DNA of 53,832 bases, filler included, from Dimargaris cristalligena (lineage: Eukaryota), in assembly GCA_003614675.1 (NCBI GenBank). It is 3 parts of 3 records of this genome, joined end to end, with 100 filler letters (N's around TTAATTAATTAA, not from the genome) between each part and the next. Parts side by side here need not be neighbours in the genome. Positions count along the whole stretch, not along the records: positions 18,039 to 35,939 come from ML002787.1; positions 36,040 to 53,832 come from ML002789.1; 1 more part is not named here. The stretch is one strand, 5' to 3'. A program made the position numbers and the translations under genes. The notes below the pieces were generated by a model, which was given only the letters and a program-made list of their open reading frames with translations, made no database searches and was not told the DNA's origin. This document shows, piece by piece, positions 23,890 through 36,890 of the stretch (positions are counted from its first letter, which is position 1; each line of letters opens with the position of its first letter).

Positions 23890-26800
23890 TCAGGTCATGC
23901 CATGAATATCAAAGTCACTCCGTTCTTTGGCCACCTTCATCTGGGCTTCCCACATTTTCTTGAAGATGCCGTTGGGGATTTTCTTCAATTCCGCGAACGT
24001 ACCCCGTTCGGCAATTTTGCCCTCCTTGATCACCAGAATCTGCCTGGCGTGGATGATAGTCGGCAAGCGATGGGCAATGACGATGCACGTTTTGCCCTTT
24101 GTGCCGTCGTTGATGGAATTCTGGACATTGCGCTCGGTGATCATATCCAGGGCGGACGTGGCCTCGTCCAACAACAGAATCTTGGACGGGCGGACCAACC
24201 CGCGGGCAATATTAAGCCGTTGGTTCTCCCCCCCGCTGAATCGCGTACCCCCCTGGTAAAGGAGGGTTTCATAACCCTTGGCCAAAGAGGAAATCTTTTC
24301 GTGGATCTGGGCCTTTTGGGCGGCGCCTTCGACTTCGTCCTGGGTTGCACTCATGTTGGTCGCGGCCGTACCGTACTGAATATTGAACTTGATGGACTTT
24401 GGCAGAAGGTGGTTTTGCTATACATCGGGTAGGGTAGATAGGTCCCGCAAAGTGACAGAATGTAAACAGAGAAAATCAGTACATATTGATAAATTAGAAT
24501 ACATGTACAGGATGTTATTTTGGCCGGGAAAACAATCAACTAAATAAGAATATTTGAGCTACAATCAAGCCAACTCTTCGTGGTTAGATCACGCGATGGG
24601 TGTCAACCAAATGTTAACGTCCGCTTACCTGAGGAATAATGGAGATGGACTTGCGCAAATCGGCCTGTTTTACATGTCGCACGTCAACGCCATCGATTAA
24701 AACGCTACCCTGGTCAACGTCGTAGAAGCGGGCAATGAGATCCATAATAGTCGTTTTACCACCGCCCGTTGCGCCCACGATGGCCGTGGTTGTCCCGGCT
24801 TCGACCGTAAAGCTGATCCCTTTGAGGACCGGTGTCTTCTTCTCATAGCTAAAATGCACGTCCTTGAATTCGATGGTACCTTCGGAAATATCCCAACTGT
24901 CGGGGGCATCTTCGGACTCGACCATGTCATTATCGTTGTCGATTAGGCGCAAAAGGGTCAGGCTGTTGGAATGCAGGTTGTACACGTCCTGGCCTAATCC
25001 GACCAGGTAGGTCAGGGGACGGTAGGTTACTTGGAAATGGCCCAGGAAGAACAGAACGTCACTCGACTTCATATGGCCCCGGGCCAACAATCGCAGACAC
25101 ATGATGGTACCGATCACATGGAGCAGCTGGTGAATGACCCGGGATCCCCGCTTGACCACTTCAACGACCCACTTATGGTGATCGGCGGTGCGTTCAGTTT
25201 CATCGAGCACCTCCCGGTACCTTTTGCTGTGGTACTCTTCGCCCGAAAATTGCTTGACGGTCTCGGATTGGCGGAGGGCGGTCATACACTGGTCCATCTC
25301 GTCATTGGTATTGTAGTTGGTGTACCGATAGCTAGCGCGTTCGGCCGGGGTGAGGATCGAGGATTGGATAATGGACCACATTGCCATGGCCAAAGCTAAG
25401 GGGATGAAATACGAGTCGTACACCCATTGGTACTGGTACACGGAAGCCAGCACGCCAAATAGTGAAGGGCCCAGTTTCATGACGAATAGGTCGACAAAGG
25501 AGCTAAGGGCGTGTTTAGACTGGAAAAAGACGTTGCTCATATTGCTGCCGTCCTTATCCACATGGTAGCGCATGGGTTTGGCCTGGATGACGGAGTAAAC
25601 GAATACCTCACACTTGGCGTCAATGTAGGCGGTCAAACTGTGGTTTTCGCTACCGCTGTCCTTGATCCAGGAGCTATTGGCCACCTGGTTGAACATGTTG
25701 GCCACACCATATTTGGCCAGGGCCGGAAAGACTAGGTCGCGATTGGTTAGCGAGTCGAGGAAGTTCTTGTAGAACCACGGCTCAAAGGAGCTAGTCCACT
25801 CGATGACGAACTGGAACACCCAATTGGTCACGAACCGATACACCATGGCCAAGTCGAGCGGGAACGCTACATCGTAGATAATCCGGCAGATACGGCTGAA
25901 GATTTCAACCAAGGAATACTGAAGAAGGTCATTTTCGTCTTCATCTTCATCTTCATCCTCCCCATCTCCCTCCTTTTTGTCCTTCTTTTCCTTCGCTCCA
26001 CCCTCCTTATCATTATTTTCACCCTTGACCTCTTCGTCCTTTTTGTCCTCCTCCTTTTCGACGGTTGTTTTCTCCTCCGCCTTGTTCTCACCGGGGGTTT
26101 CGCCACCTTCCGCCTTCTTCTCGCTCTCCTCCGACTTCTTCTCTTCTTTCAAGGCGGCCTTTTCTTTCTCGGTACTCTCCTCCGCCTTGTCCGCATCCTT
26201 CTTTTCTTTCGCGTTGGAGAGATCCTCGGTCTGGGTCCCTTTTTCTACTTTGGTGGGCGTCCTATCGGTGAAAATACCCGCGGCGTGATAACGTAGACCA
26301 AGCAGTGGAATGATCAGGTTGAGGGCGGAGAGGGAAAATTTGATGGCCGCGATACCAAGCGTGAGTCGGTGAGCGAACATACCAGTGGTGAACGCGTTGT
26401 CACTAGGGGACCAGTAGTTGAAAAGGCTCTGGCCAAGTTCCCAGGCGTGCATAACTAAGGCCACGGTCCAAACCTGTAGCCATTGGGGAAACGGCTCCGC
26501 TTCTTTGCTGACATAGGACAACAGGTCGGCGGCGTAAAATAAGTAATAGTAGCCCCCGAACATAACGGCGAGTCCAATTTGTTGGGTCATTGCCGAAACG
26601 AGCCAGGGGGACCAGTCTGCGGGCGTTTCTGGGTCAATGTAGGCGGCATATTGGATAACGCAGATTTCGATGTACATGAATCCGAACACCATCCACATGG
26701 TACGGTGGATGGCCGGGAGCCACACCTTTTCTGAAGTGGGCTTTTCCCCGGCACTGGACCGTTTCTTTTTGCTTTCTGAAGGGTTGGGATGATGGATAAG

Positions 26801-27194
26801 CAAATACGTAGAGAAGCCTCATGAGAATTCTATTTAACCAGAGTGTAAACCCAAGGATGGTCAACTCAGGGCTTACGGTCGATGAGGTGAATATTCCAAA
26901 TTATCTCTTCCGTATCCTGGTGGTGGGGGGAGTAAACTACCTACTTTTTTCCTTGGGAAGCTTGATCAAGTGGTGGCCTAGCCGGCAGCGCCGCATAATC
27001 AACGATGTAATTGCCGAGAGATAAACTAGCGTCTGTCCCGTGGGGTGCAGCCGAAATCCGGTATACAGGGGCGAAATCTGGAATAAGGCGGCCGCTCCAG
27101 CGATTAAGGCGGCGCCTTCCCACCAAACCTCAGCGGGCCTTAGATTCACTGCCATAGTTGGCAGGGAAATGCCAAATAAATCCTTCATATCCAT
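23890..27194 (-). CDS. ABCB half transporter, HMT1/ABCB6-like, with N-terminal hydrophobic extension; exons 27194-26945, 26775-24629, 24417-23890 (~974 aa)
   Basis: Walker A GATGGGKTT, signature FSGGENQR, Walker B ILLLDEATSALD, IAHRL; TM segments precede the NBD; extra N-terminal TM block then a K/E/D-rich linker. Confidence 0.88.
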
Positions 27195-29486
27195 GTGGAT
27201 TCTGGACTAGTTGGATGGGCGGGTGTTAATAAAAAAAAACGCGGATGGGCTTCGTTAGCGGGGTGCGTGTGTAAAATAGGATAGTTTAGTAAGATGAAAG
27301 GGATATCTCTTAGAAAACCAAGATGCCCAAGAGTGGAATATGGTTAGGACATGCAGCTGCCGTAGGGGCATGTATTTATGAACAGTCGAACGAGTGTTTA
27401 CAACAGAATGAATAGTTGGAAATGGAAATCTGGAATAGCGAGGCCTCGAAGGCTGAAAACAATAAATTAATGAATGCAAAGAAGTAAAGAGCGGAAGGTC
27501 CGGGCTTTATACAAGAACCCTTGTTTTCCGCCTCCGCGACCACTGGATTTACGAGAAGAGACTATTGCCACTAGTTGGAAGAACGGCGTTTCGTCAAGAG
27601 GAATAAAATAGAGGGAAATGCGGCAGTATGGCCGTCATCGTAGTGATTCTTAAACCCCTTTAAACAAATGTGGGAAGTAGTTATCGAAGCACGGAACACT
27701 GGTGGGCTACGCCATCACTTGGACCCTTCCGTTCCCATGAGTACCTCAATATGGCGGCAAAGGAAACTCCGGAATACAGAATCTAATGCTTAGAGCGGGG
27801 TAGCTCGAGCACTGCTATTCTATTACTGCTGTACGGTGCGAAGAAGACAGGCCCCCATCGTCCATTACCGCAGCCACAGGACATGGCAAACTACTGCAAA
27901 TAAAGGCAATTGCCCGCTATTAACTAGACCACTGCCACGTCAACACCATTCTTTCAATCATGTACCACATCCATTGGTATTTCCGAACCACATTACTTAT
28001 TAACAATACCAACCACCGGACTATACCAGAGAAACCGCCAACACAATGGATGCCCCGATGGATTTCTGCATGCATATTGCGTGGGAGGTTACTGCCAAGG
28101 AAAAGCGGAAAAGGGGTAATTTAAGGGGTCGCAGCTACCGCAAACTGCGGTACCCTCTGTAGGTAGTTGCCACACCCTGTCGAGGTTTAGTGTGAACACG
28201 TTAAATAAGCAGCGGTGCATATGCACAAACACTGCGGACGACGGGGTTCGGTTTCGGCTGATAAAGGGATGTTGCAATACACTCGTGGGGTTTACGAACG
28301 GGTGTGTGAGAAATACCCTAGCATCGCATGACCGTCGACTGTAACCTGGCCAAATAAAGGTGAGGCCATTAACAATCTGGAAAATCTGACTCTATACCCA
28401 GTAATTGAGGAGAGTAGCGTTGACCCATACGCCTTTGGGGGCTTATCAGAATGCGGATGGTGTCCATAATATTAACTGTAGAAGTTGCTGAAGACTTCAG
28501 ACACTGGCTCGGTCTAGTAGAAATAATCGGAGCATTCTGTAAAAACGAATGGTGCGCGGTAATCCAGACCGCTGAGTGGGCAATATTAATTGCTCTGTAC
28601 CATGATAGAGCTGGAAACCACGTCTGCGGCTGTTTCCCCAATGAATGGTCAGGCGATTCCCAGGTAATGTAGAGTACAGAGAAACCTTGCGAATAGGAGG
28701 AACTATCCCAGGTTGGCTGCAGCGACGACTACTAAATCTGCAGCACCTACCATACACTATTGTATCGCGAAAATCCCGCATTCTGTGTGAACCAACCGTA
28801 TACTCGGGTCTTGGCTGATGCCCATCCAAGTGGTATTACTGTTTTTAAGATCCCCCTTCCCTACACTATGCCTGGCCCGCCATCCCGTCCATCTTTCTCT
28901 TTCTTGCCAACTCGCCGCCAATCGAACCCACACCACACTAGACCTTTAATTGGGAGTGCCTTTTTTACAATATTATGGCGTTGTATTGATGGTGGCTGCC
29001 CTTCAATAATTTTTCTTGACTTTAGCATACCTATGTATCGCCTCACCTCCCGCCTTTCACTTTATGGCTGTATCCCCCTTTTCCCTTCCGCATCCCCCAC
29101 TACATTCCGAAATAATCGCACGAACACGTCTCATCTAAAGAATTATTATTGAAGCCATTATGAATGCTATTCCACATTGCGGGGGCTCAGGACCGACGGT
29201 TTATTGACAGTGAAACACCAGGGTAGTACTTTGATAAGTGTGCCAAGTGACTCAACGGGAACTATGGGTGGGTGGCTTATCGCGGGGCGGGTGCTGCACT
29301 GGGTTGGGTTAGGCTATCCATATCACCATCTGCATTGAAAGGTAATACAATAATCCGCCCCTGGCCTTCCAATTCCAGCTATTACTGACTATCTAGAAGT
29401 TGCACATGTCGATGGGCGACTCGCAATTGCATACCATACTGCCAAACCTGGTATATCTCAGGATTCCAATTTAATTCCCCACTTCA

Positions 29487-29630
29487 ATATGGGAGAAGTT
29501 CATCCAAGCTGTATAACGAAAAATCCATTAGATTCAGCCAATATTACTAGTGAAAAATACATTTCCCATATATTTTCCCATACACGTATAATGTAAACCC
29601 TTATATAGCTGGGCCGAATTTCACCCATAT
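29487..29630 (+). mobile_element. 144-bp MITE-like element, copy 2
   Basis: Aligns without gaps to copy 1 (111/144 identical by hand count); same TIRs. Confidence 0.85.
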
Positions 29631-29996
29631 CTTTCTTCACCAGCAAGCACTATTATAATTCCAGGCAATACTCTTCATATTTGCCACCATCGCGTACCCA
29701 GGTCTCGATAAGTGTACGCTACCTAGGGAGCAGCCATTCATTCGGCCAAATAAATACATATATATTAGTGATTTATTTTGAAACCAAAACAGACTATAAG
29801 AACACGCAGGCCCCCTCTAAGTTTTAACCGATATTCACGAGCTGCCGGTCACCTCTCGAGTGTTAAGAATGTGCAACTACTGGATGATGAATGACTTAGG
29901 CCCGACAGGTAAAGACAAGTCGAGCACGTTGCTTATAGAAAGGGGGTTAAGAGAACGGGGGGGGAGCAGTCTCGATGTACTTTTGAACCGGAAGAG

Positions 29997-30805
29997 TTAG
30001 GCGGCGGCTGGGGAACTAGTCTTGGTAGGTGCGTCCAGCTCGGCGTTTAACCTGGCTAACTCTTCCTCAGTCAGGCCATCCAGCCCCGACAGGTCATCCA
30101 AGTCGAGGGGTTCATCTTCCAAGCCAATAAGCTCCCGAAGCTCAAAGGCCTCGACAGCCTCAGCCACTTCTTTAAACATCTGTAGTGGGTGTGGTATCCG
30201 GCAATGGCGAGTCCGAAGGGATGGCAAATTGATATAATTAGTGAGAAGTAATTAACACAGGTATAAAATGGTAGGATAATCCAAAGTCGATTAACCTTCA
30301 CGGTCTAAATATAGTCCGATTGACTTTTCACCGACCCATCCTTGTCATGAAAGATGGGCTCGGCTTATATGAACGAGTCGATTACTCACCGCCTTAAACT
30401 CGCCGTCACAGTATACTTGCGGGGTAACCATGTTACCCTTGGATTTACGTTTCATATAGGATTTGGCTTCCTCGTTTGAGGCAATATCAACGAATTCAAA
30501 GGGAATTTCCTCAACCTGTAGGAACTGGATTAACTTGTTGAATTCGGTTTTGTACTGGAACGTGGAGGAGGGTCGGGGTATTAAGAAATACACTTTATGA
30601 ATAAGGTTACAAAACAAAGGACCGGCGTAGGAATATTGGAAGAGTCTTCACCCTCGAGAGCTGGAAGGCGAAGCAGATACCTGATAACTGACTATAGTGT
30701 AATACTATGAAAAGAGGGAGAAATACCTACTTTACGGTTTCCGGAGACACTGGAGCCGTAGACCTGTACTCGAGTACTACCGTCGGGCCGAATGTCGGAG
30801 GGCAT
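29997..30805 (-). CDS. SH3BGR-like thioredoxin/glutaredoxin-fold protein without CxxC; exons 30805-30731, 30554-30390, 30179-29997 (140 aa)
   Basis: VQVYGSSVSGNRK / FLQVEEIPFEFVDIASNEEAKSYMK / TPQVYCDGEF / EAVE..L.ELIGL follow the SH3BGR pattern; acidic tail; phase-0 GT-AG introns. Confidence 0.85.
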
Positions 30806-31317
30806 TGTGGGAGAGGGAGTAGGAGAATAATAGGAAATGCTAGTAAGATGAAGGCAAGATGGTCGGGTAAAATAGAGGAGTTGGAAGTAGAGGGCATAGG
30901 GAGGAAAAGCCCTTTCGTCTTGCCTTCGCCATCGGCAGGGGGGGGACCCATTCAAGTATACGCCCCGCGCCCCTCTACATCTTTGTACAAGCAAACTGCC
31001 CGGTCCACTGGTCAAGTGGGACGAAGCGCATGAGCAGGAGCCTTGCATTGTGACGGTGGGGATTACGGTACTGGCAAAGCCCACGGAACTGCTCCCACAT
31101 GGGTTTTCATAGCTACCAATATTTATGAGCCTGACCGCCTAATATTGAGTACCCTGTTGTCACGGTTAACTAAGTTGGACCTTGCCTGCGTTATATACTC
31201 TATTATATTTTATATATATATTTCATATTTACTCAGCAGCACGCCGTACTCTCCTCGCGCATTGAATTGCCCTACTTCTCCCCTCTCCCAAAGCTGCACT
31301 CTATTCACCCCCCCCTC

Positions 31318-33691
31318 ATGTCGAGCCCGCCGGCCGCTGCCGCTTCCAATCTTAACCTCCAGGCCATCCTGGACCACGACGATCCAGATGCTCTCAATCT
31401 GGTCTCCGACAGTGATGTCGACATTGAGGCCGAGTCTTCCGAATCGAATTCCACTGGTCCACCCAATGGAGCTGTGACCGGCAACGGCAATTCAGACTCC
31501 TCCTCCGCCGCTGGCTTCTGCGTCGAATGTCAGGATCAGGCAGCTAACGTTCACTGTAACCAGTGCAGCGAGTCCTTCTGTGAGGTCTGTTGCGCCATGT
31601 TGCATCGCACCGGTAAGCGGCGTGAGCATACTCTAGTGCCATTGGGAAAGCCCTCCGGAACTGAGGCGAACCCTGCTACAGGAAACCCCCCGCCGTCCTC
31701 GTCGACGGATTCAAATAATAGTGAGTCTGCCCTATCCGATGACCCTGCGCTTAAGGTAAGCTGTCGAATTTCCATTTTGGCCAAGTCTTGGCTATATATC
31801 CCTAACCAGCGAGCCCCTAACCACGCCCCATGCTAACAGTTTTCCACGGCCTTCTAACCCATCTTCCAATATTCCCACTCACTTTATGCAATACGATGTG
31901 CCTTCTTATTATGGCGGCGAATCTACCCTATGAACCCCTCACCAGACTTCCGCAGCCGAGGTCGACTTTGATGCCAACAGCGGCCAGGTCACCTTCATCC
32001 AAGACGGCCAGGACTTCGGCACGTGGATCACCGAGCGGGCCAAGTTTATTCCCCTGCGACTGACCCTATCCGAGCGTAAATTTCTGCGGCTGCTAGAGTC
32101 GGCCCTAAATGTATCCGAATATACGGACCGGGTCGATATTCTCAGCTACGGCAACAAATCCCGCCGCATGGTGACCCAAATCAAGGACCTCTGTGCTATT
32201 CTGTCCGGCCTTTTGTTGGCCAGTGACTACCGGATGGGCCAGAAACTCTTCGAGGACCGGGCCTTCGTCGAAAACGCCGAGTTTTTCCAGGACGTGTTTG
32301 AAATTGGCCGGCGGCACAAAATCATGAACCCCGAAAAAATGCGGGACGCCTACGGCAAACTGATGTACCTCCTGCAGGACTCCATGATTCCCGAAGTGCA
32401 GGATTTATTACAATTCAGCTGCGTCAAGCCCATTACGACTGTCTACAACTTTCTGGAGGAGGGCGGGGCTCCAGAACTACTCCAAGACCCCCTAGTCCGG
32501 TTCGCCACGAAGGAAATCATCTCCGAGGGCAAACCGCGCTCTAAAGTCCAAGCCGAAACCCGCCAGAAGGAGCAGGCCGTGGAGGCCCTGTGCCGTAAAT
32601 ACGCTAGCCCAGAACTCAAACCCGAATCCATTCGCCAGTGCCTCTACAGCATCGGCGATAACCACAGCTACCTGCGCACCAACCGAGACCCGTGTGACCG
32701 CATGCTTCGGTACCTGGCCCAGTACTTCAACCCCCAACGCACTGAAGCTCCCGAATTTTCCCTGTCCATCGCCAGCGGTCGGTCCGGGGCCCGACTCTCC
32801 CATGACCACGAAACCCAGTACTACTACGTCAACCAGACCCTCACACTCTGGCGCGAAATCGCCCACGAAATGTTTATGCTGTGGAGTTTAGCCGACCAGG
32901 ACCTGCTGGCTGCCCGGAACTACTACCGCCTCAAGGATACCGGCCAGGGCCTGAACCGGGTCCAGGGCTGTCCCCGCATTTCCCGGGCCATCCACAATAT
33001 TCTCCACCGGGCCCAAAAGGCGGCAGGCTACTGGGTCGGTTCCTCTGTGGTCCACCTCGGGGACCGGAATGTCCCCAATGCCCTCATGTTCATTGACAAG
33101 TACAACCAGGTGGCCAGTATTCTCAACCCCATTGTGAGCTGTCTGGTATACCTGGATACCCTACCCGCGGCCCTGGGGATCACCGAAAACGGTACCGCCG
33201 ACCAGGCCCGGGATTCGACCACTATCCCTACGGCGGCAGCAGCATCGTCTGCCACCGTCCCCCTCCTCAGTGCCATGGGGAACACCCCGTACACTTCGAG
33301 TTCGAATAATTCCTCCACGGGCTCGTTCTTTTCTACCCTGTCATCGACCCTCTCTAACACATTCTCGGCCCTCGGCGGCGGAGACCCGTTGGCCTACAAC
33401 GGAAACCTCCCCCTGCACGCCCAGCCGTACTACAAGGAACACGCCAAGGGACTGTACCAGTATATCTTGGCCACCTTTGGCAATGTCGAAACGTGCAAAA
33501 AACTCATCCTGGCCGACTTTTTCCGGTACGCCTTTGACGGATCTGGTGCGGATAATTTCTTCGACGCCGGGTCGTGTATCGACGGCCGTTTGACGTCAGC
33601 GTGGAATTGGTGTTCGAAAGTAGAGAAAAAACCATACTACCCCGTTTTCCTGCTATCGGGGTTTGTTGGGTTTAACGGCGAGGGATTCTAA
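31318..33691 (+). CDS. UPF0652/DUF2009 family protein with N-terminal B-box-type zinc finger; exons 31318-31755, 31946-33691 (~727 aa)
   Basis: CVECQDQ..CNQCSESFCEVC..LHRTGKRREH; ERAKFIPLRL, EIGRRHKIMNPEKMR, WVGSSVVHLGD.NVPNALMFIDKY, FDGSGADNFFDAGSCIDGRLTSAWNWC. Confidence 0.9.
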
Positions 33692-34079
33692 AGTTAAAGG
33701 GGAGAGAAGGACTAATCAAAAACATGCCTGTCTGTCTTGTGTTTTTTTTTCGTAAGGTATTTTATTTATTTATTTGCTTCACCGCTCATTTCTTCTACAC
33801 CATACCTCGGATTCTAATAGAGTGCTATACTAATTCAGTATTGGATTTTTTCATGCATACTTAATGTTTTGGGATTTTTATTTAACGACCAGGGCTAACG
33901 GCGGTCCAATTCCTATTTAATAAACAGACTCGGAAAAAGCAATTTGGATTTAGACTGTGTTATGTCAGTCTAGGAATATGGTGCGTACTTGTCAACACTT
34001 GGATATGGACTAAGTACATATAACCCCTTGTGAATTGATGTGAAAGCGGCTCGCTGATTCAGCGCGGGTCATTTAATGG

Positions 34080-34223
34080 ATATGGATGAAATTCAAACTA
34101 GCTGTATAAGGTTTGACATAATACGTGCACGGGCGAATATATGTGAGAATAGCTTTTAGCCAGTAATATTGGCCCCATCCAACGGATTTTTCATTATACA
34201 GCCTGAATGAACTTCTCCCATAT
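34080..34223 (-). mobile_element. 144-bp MITE-like element, copy 3 (inverted)
   Basis: Reverse complement begins ATATGGGAGAAGTTCATTCAGGCTGTATAATGAAAAATCC; same length and TIRs. Confidence 0.85.
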
Positions 34224-35870
34224 ACATTTTTGGGTGGATAGCTCGATTAGCTGGGTGAACTCACCCCCATTGGCCCAACTAATATTAGTGTTCCTCCAAC
34301 CATACTTAAATATGCTCGTAGATGTTTTTCTTGGTGACCATATACCCCACTGCAATATTGGCATTGGCAATTATATATTTATTTGTCCAATAGTGGCCGT
34401 TTCCTAATCCAAACTCCCACTATCCGAAAGTTTCCATGGTGGGGATTTCCGGGCGGAAGGGTGGGAAATGAACGGGTCATATATGCCAAACTATCATTTT
34501 GAATCATTGGTAAGGACATTATAATTAATACCTACTGGGTAGCATGCGGAATCAACTGTTGGAAGACAGCAGTTGAGCCATGGGACAGCTTGCCAGAAAT
34601 CCACATTTTCCTTCAGTACCAGTGCCTGGGGTGAATGGTTTACGAATCGTACCATCAATTTCAGTATCTTTAGTAGACTGGTAAATGAATATGAGGTCCG
34701 CTGAAATAAATAAAAAACACTGGTGTTAGTATGGTTGGTGCGTTGAGAATGCCCTTCTGAATATGCAAAATAAAGAAGCAATTTATAACCTAGCACTAGT
34801 GCACTGTCCGTTTTCATCTTCGGATAAAACCATTTAGGTGGACATTCACTAAACAAATTACACGGCCTCGGAGGAGCATGAATGTACCTCTGTAGATTTC
34901 CCGCATACCGAAGGGCCTGTACCTACGGGCCAGTGGCGCCGCATACTGAGTTTACATGTTAATGCACAATTGGTTTGGGCGATTTTACACTATTGAAATC
35001 TTTATTTATAAAGCGGCACGAGCGCCCTTCACAGCAGGGCCATGGATTAGTCAGGATATGCAAGGGCGCTGGAATTGGTTTACTTCTGAAACTGAGGTTC
35101 GGATTCAAAGGTACCTTACTTTCTCCAACTATTTTTTGGATTGTCAGGCCAGTAGCCCTTTGAGAGTGGATACACGGGCCAGCGTCCGACCCACGGACCA
35201 CGGCCCGAAACTCAGAGCCAGATGTGCCCTCTATTAATCAAGCCACGACTATATTAAACAAAATGGACCAAGTCAAAAGCAAAATAATAATAATAGCCTC
35301 CCTACACACCGCAAACATAATTTTTTAACATAAGGATAGTAGAAACGAGGGCGAAATAAGGTGTGGAGGTGTTACTATAATGCTGCCAAAAACATACAGA
35401 CTTTGACCGACTGCCTATTGGGGGGCGGGGAAAATTGATCCAGCATCGTTTAAATATATTCACATTGTCCTTTTCGCTCCGAAAGTTCCAACTCTCGCCG
35501 ATGCCCAAAAGCTGGATATCACCAACCTTAATGATACCTAGCCCTACCTGGCTATTTTTTATTATCATTTAACAGTCGGATCTATTTATTTACTCTTAAT
35601 TCTTCTGTGCTTATCACCATGACTGCAACAATAATTAATTAGTCACATAGCGTTTAGGGAATGCAATAGTCATTAAGAGTTGCCCAATTGGGTCCGAGTT
35701 GTATTGGGTGTATTTTATAAAAATACCAAAAACGCAATAAACCCTATAGTTCGATGCAACACAACTAAATCAAAAGCAATCTGCACTGATTCCTACTTGT
35801 ATCACCACAGAGATATAGCGGGCTAAAAAAGGATCAACTAAATACTCGAGATCTTCAACAAAAAATACAT

Positions 35871-35895
35871 TGCGCCCTTCGTGTATTGAACACGA

Positions 35896-35936
<41 letters not shown>

Positions 35937-35939
35937 AGG
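35871..35939 (-). tRNA. tRNA-Phe(GAA), first ~4 nt lost in the gap
   Basis: ...CCT-TA-GCTC AGTTGGGA GAGC-G-TCAGA CTGAAGA TCTGA-AGGTC-TCGTG TTCAATA CACGA-AGGGCGC-A; T-run downstream. Confidence 0.93.
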
Positions 35940-36039
35940 NNNNNNNNNNNNNNNNNNNNNNNNNNNNNNNNNNNNNNNNNNNNTTAATTAATTAANNNNN
36001 NNNNNNNNNNNNNNNNNNNNNNNNNNNNNNNNNNNNNNN
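35940..36039. other. Artificial contig spacer N44-TTAATTAATTAA-N44
   Basis: Same structure as 17939-18038. Confidence 0.97.
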
Positions 36040-36040
36040 G

Positions 36041-36211
36041 AATCAATTGCGGGGCTATTTTGAGTCTGAAATGGCGGAACTGCGTGAGGACATTGGCAGC
36101 CAACTTGAACACGAGCGCAAGAGTCGGATGTCCCTGAAGAAAGAAATCGCAACGCTTCAACAACAGGTTGCGATGCTCTGTGATATTATCGAGGAAAAGG
36201 ATGCTGCTTAA
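36041..36211 (+). CDS. 3' end of a gene encoding a C-terminal coiled coil; truncated by contig start
   Basis: Open frame NQLRGYFESEMAELREDIGSQLEHERKSRMSLKKEIATLQQQVAMLCDIIEEKDAA* with heptad pattern, followed by AT-rich 3'UTR-like sequence. Confidence 0.7.
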   Translation, partial: NQLRGYFESEMAELREDIGSQLEHERKSRMSLKKEIATLQQQVAMLCDIIEEKDAA

Positions 36212-36890
36212 TTACATTTGTATTACTGTCCCTTCCCACTGAATTTGGTGAGTGACTAATACTCCTCACCCCGCAGAGGTATTATTTTACCGTCACCTCG
36301 ACCGAGTGCGTCGCTATTTTTCGTTAGCCTTACATTTACCAGTAGTTTTTATTTTTATTTTATGTGTTGTGTTTGCCCCCGTAAGGAATACCAACAACAC
36401 TAGTATAAACGCATATCTTAAACTATTGAAATGTAACACAGAAGGAAGGTGTGAGAGAGGAGACTAGGGCCTTACCGATTGGTTAATTGCATCTGGTAGA
36501 ATTCCTACAGAGTATTGATCGGAGTTTTCTCCGTGAATGAGGCCCCTGGTGGTATATAGGTGTAATTTCACCAATAGGACAAGATGTACTCTAAAAGGGA
36601 TTACATCTATTTAAGATTCGGCAAATAAAACTCGGCAACAGAGAGGTTGGAAATTTATTGTAAGTGTCCTGTAATTTCAAAAAATAATCAGTTAAATTGG
36701 TGTCTGGTGGGCCAGTGAAGATTAAGTCAGACCAAAGGAAATGATGGAAGGGAAGTGGAAGTGGGCAGGTAGGGGTGTGTGTGTTAATTTTTTTAATAGC
36801 ATGTGTAGAGTGAAAAACCTCCTGAAATAATAACTCCAAACTAAACCATAAGAAGAGGGAGGGGGTTTACTATTTTTGAGTTTAGAGGAT

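Noticed and set aside
28300..28318. GGGTGTGTGAGAAATACCC resembles the TPP riboswitch UGAGAAAUACCC segment
   Set aside because: The 3' half (CUGAUC.GG.UAAU.CC.GCG.AGG) is missing and there is no thiamine-related gene or intron context.
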